Of a DNA stretch of 35,472 nucleotides, positions 33,825 to 35,472 are shown piece by piece. How positions within the stretch are numbered: position 1 is the first letter of the stretch; each line of letters begins with the position of its first letter. The DNA is from Bacteroidales bacterium. GTDB taxonomy: Bacteria; Bacteroidota; Bacteroidia; Bacteroidales; UBA932. The translations under genes were made by a program, and so were the position numbers. The stretch lies in NCBI GenBank assembly GCA_017650285.1, contig JAGCFF010000058.1, forward strand, positions 1 through 35,472. Direction: 5' to 3'. The notes under the pieces were generated by a model. The model had not been told where the DNA came from, ran no database searches, and saw only the letters and a program-made list of their open reading frames with translations.

Positions 33825-35105
33825 CTAGAAGATGTAGTTCAGACCGATGTTGATGCCGAGGCCGGTGCCGTCGTTGGGATCGAAGCACTTGCCGAACTCG
33901 AAGTTGATGTTGAAGTTCTGGTTCATTATCACGTGAAGGCCTGAACCGGCGCTCATATGGAGCTTCTCGGGGTTGCCTGAATAGTAGAGTTCAGAGAGAT
34001 TCTTCAGCTGGTCGAGACGGTAGGGCTGTACGACCATACCGAGGTCGAAGAACGGGTTGAGGGCGAGGGTCCAGTTCTGGTTGATCCAGTGGAACTTGGC
34101 GAAGCTCCAGCGGAGCTCGTTGTTCATCCAGGCGTAGCCGTTACCCTGCAGACGGTTGGTCACCGTACCGCGGAGGGTGCAGGTAGAACCGAGGCCTTCG
34201 GTGTTGATCTGCTTCATATTGATGGCCTGGATGGTCTGGAGCATATAGAAGGGAGCGTTGCCTGCTATGATGCCCTGATAGGCCAGGTGGGTTCCGAATA
34301 CCAGGCGGTCAGCCAGCGGAACGAACTGTTTCAGGTGCACGGCGAGTTTCAGGTAGTTGTTGTCGTGCTTGGAGATGATGTCGGGGCTGCCGAACATATA
34401 GAGCTCGAGGTTGGTACCCCTGGTCGGGTTGTTCTCGTGGTCGCGGGTGTCGTATACGACTCCGGCCTTCACCTCGAGGTGCTTGCCGCCTTCCTTCTCT
34501 GCCTCGGGAATAACTCCGCCGGCCACATATGCATCATACAGCGAGAAGTCGTCGTTGTAGTTCAGGCCTTCGTTGACGGCGTGCCCGGTCTTGATGCTCC
34601 AGAAGGTCAGGCCGCCTGCCCAACCCCAATTGCTGTCGCCGATCTGGCCCTGGAGGCAGGTCTGGATGCGGAAGATGTCGCGGCGCATAAGGTAGAAACC
34701 CTGGCCGGTCTCGGTGATGAGATCCTTCGCAGGGTCATAGACCGATGCGGCGCCGTTGAATCCGTAGAAGTTGGTGGTCTTGTTGCCGAACCACGAAACC
34801 GCTGCGGAGATACGCAGGCCCGGAATGAGGTATTTGCTGTCGAAGAAACTGTGAAGGACGGTGTTGCCCTTCGAATATTTGGAAATCTCTACATTGGCCT
34901 TCCAGATATAGTCGGGGTAGGTGGAACCGTCGCCATACCAGTAGATGTCAGAGAGGGCACCGTAATGCCAGCCGAGGTCGGAAGAATAGCCGACGGCGGG
35001 CAGGGGGCCGAAGTTGAGGCCTGTTTTTACGATTTCCGTCTTTTCTTGTCCGGCTGCGCCGATGAACACGAGGAGCAGCAGGGCAGTGCTTAATAGTTTT
35101 TTCAT
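33825..35105 (-). CDS. POTRA-less Omp85/BamA-barrel-like outer membrane protein (tentative family)
   Basis: 426 aa with a signal peptide 'MKKLLSTALLLLVFIGAAGQ'. The mature protein begins directly with 'GLNFGPLPAVGYSSDLGWHYGA', an Omp85 barrel-start-like stretch. It is beta-rich throughout and ends in 'GINIGLNYIF'. Confidence 0.7.
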   Translation of the reverse strand: MKKLLSTALLLLVFIGAAGQEKTEIVKTGLNFGPLPAVGYSSDLGWHYGALSDIYWYGDGSTYPDYIWKANVEISKYSKGNTVLHSFFDSKYLIPGLRISAAVSWFGNKTTNFYGFNGAASVYDPAKDLITETGQGFYLMRRDIFRIQTCLQGQIGDSNWGWAGGLTFWSIKTGHAVNEGLNYNDDFSLYDAYVAGGVIPEAEKEGGKHLEVKAGVVYDTRDHENNPTRGTNLELYMFGSPDIISKHDNNYLKLAVHLKQFVPLADRLVFGTHLAYQGIIAGNAPFYMLQTIQAINMKQINTEGLGSTCTLRGTVTNRLQGNGYAWMNNELRWSFAKFHWINQNWTLALNPFFDLGMVVQPYRLDQLKNLSELYYSGNPEKLHMSAGSGLHVIMNQNFNINFEFGKCFDPNDGTGLGINIGLNYIF

Positions 35106-35148
35106 TTTATCGTTGTTAGGTTAATAATTGTTAACAAAAATAGTAAAT

Positions 35149-35472
35149 CTATCTGATATCGACAGCAGGCCAGCCATAATCCTGATAGTAACTGACATCG
35201 AGTCCGTTGCGCTTGCAGTAATCCCTTATGGCTTCCTTGCGGTTCGCGTCGCGCACTGCCTGGTGCGAGTGTATGTCGTGGAACGCATCGTAGTGGCTGC
35301 CGAAAATGCGCCTTGCGCTCTCGTCGTTGCCGGCTCCGTCGACGGTCTGTTCGAATGACGTGACAACCGGAACCCCGTCCTTCTCCTCTATGGTCATGCA
35401 TCCGGAGTGGTTGCCTCCGGAAACGCTCTTGAGGGTGTCGCCCTGCTGATTGTACCATTCTACCCAGAAGTC
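35149..35472 (-). CDS. Hypothetical protein, 3' portion (probably truncated by the window edge)
   Basis: The track lists 35149-35397 from an internal Met. My manual translation of 35472->35398 stays open ('DFWVEWYNQQGDTLKSVSGGNHSGC' then 'MTIEEKDG...'), so the gene probably starts beyond the window. No family was recognised. Confidence 0.5.
   Translation of the reverse strand, partial: DFWVEWYNQQGDTLKSVSGGNHSGCMTIEEKDGVPVVTSFEQTVDGAGNDESARRIFGSHYDAFHDIHSHQAVRDANRKEAIRDYCKRNGLDVSYYQDYGWPAVDIR

Noticed and set aside
35102-35458. A 118-aa Arg-rich ORF overlapping the last gene in another frame.
   Set aside because: Its composition (Arg/Gln/Pro/His-rich) is typical of out-of-frame translation. 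The alternative frame (35149-35472) is open to the window edge and has normal protein-like composition.

Overview
This is a dense, high-GC chromosomal segment that looks like Bacteroidota (Bacteroidales). The evidence is many lipoprotein signal peptides of the 'L-x-x-C' type, several TAnnTTTG-type -7 promoter boxes instead of sigma70 -10/-35 boxes, no obvious Shine-Dalgarno sites, and typical Bacteroidales protein families. I call about 31 protein-coding genes. I see no rRNA, tRNA, CRISPR array, integrase, transposase or other mobile element. The ORF track also opens ORFs at TTG/GTG codons, so I trimmed several N-termini to the ATG that precedes a clean signal peptide. Housekeeping and accessory genes are metY, an Lrp/AsnC regulator, an MsrA-fRMsr fusion, aqpZ, a YidE/YbjL transporter, glpQ-glpT, a lytic transglycosylase, and CE1, GH3 and GH27 glycan enzymes. 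The most unusual locus is a tightly coupled six-gene minus-strand operon (1961-11787). It runs M16 peptidase lipoprotein, then a 1383-aa lipoprotein (9 Ig-like repeats plus a Cthe_2159-type beta-helix), a small secreted repeat protein, a VTC (polyphosphate-polymerase tunnel) domain protein, a DUF4956 membrane protein, and an outer-membrane barrel. I interpret it as an uncharacterised envelope-spanning system built on a bacterial split analogue of the eukaryotic VTC polyphosphate polymerase/translocase. Secondary points of interest are a fused patatin-POTRA-Omp85 protein (type Vd-like), a separate POTRA-less Omp85-like barrel in an operon with two hydrolase lipoproteins, a glpQ-glpT-DUF3089 operon, and an EF-hand/glycine-zipper small protein. 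All family assignments come from motif recognition by eye. No HMM or BLAST search was run.
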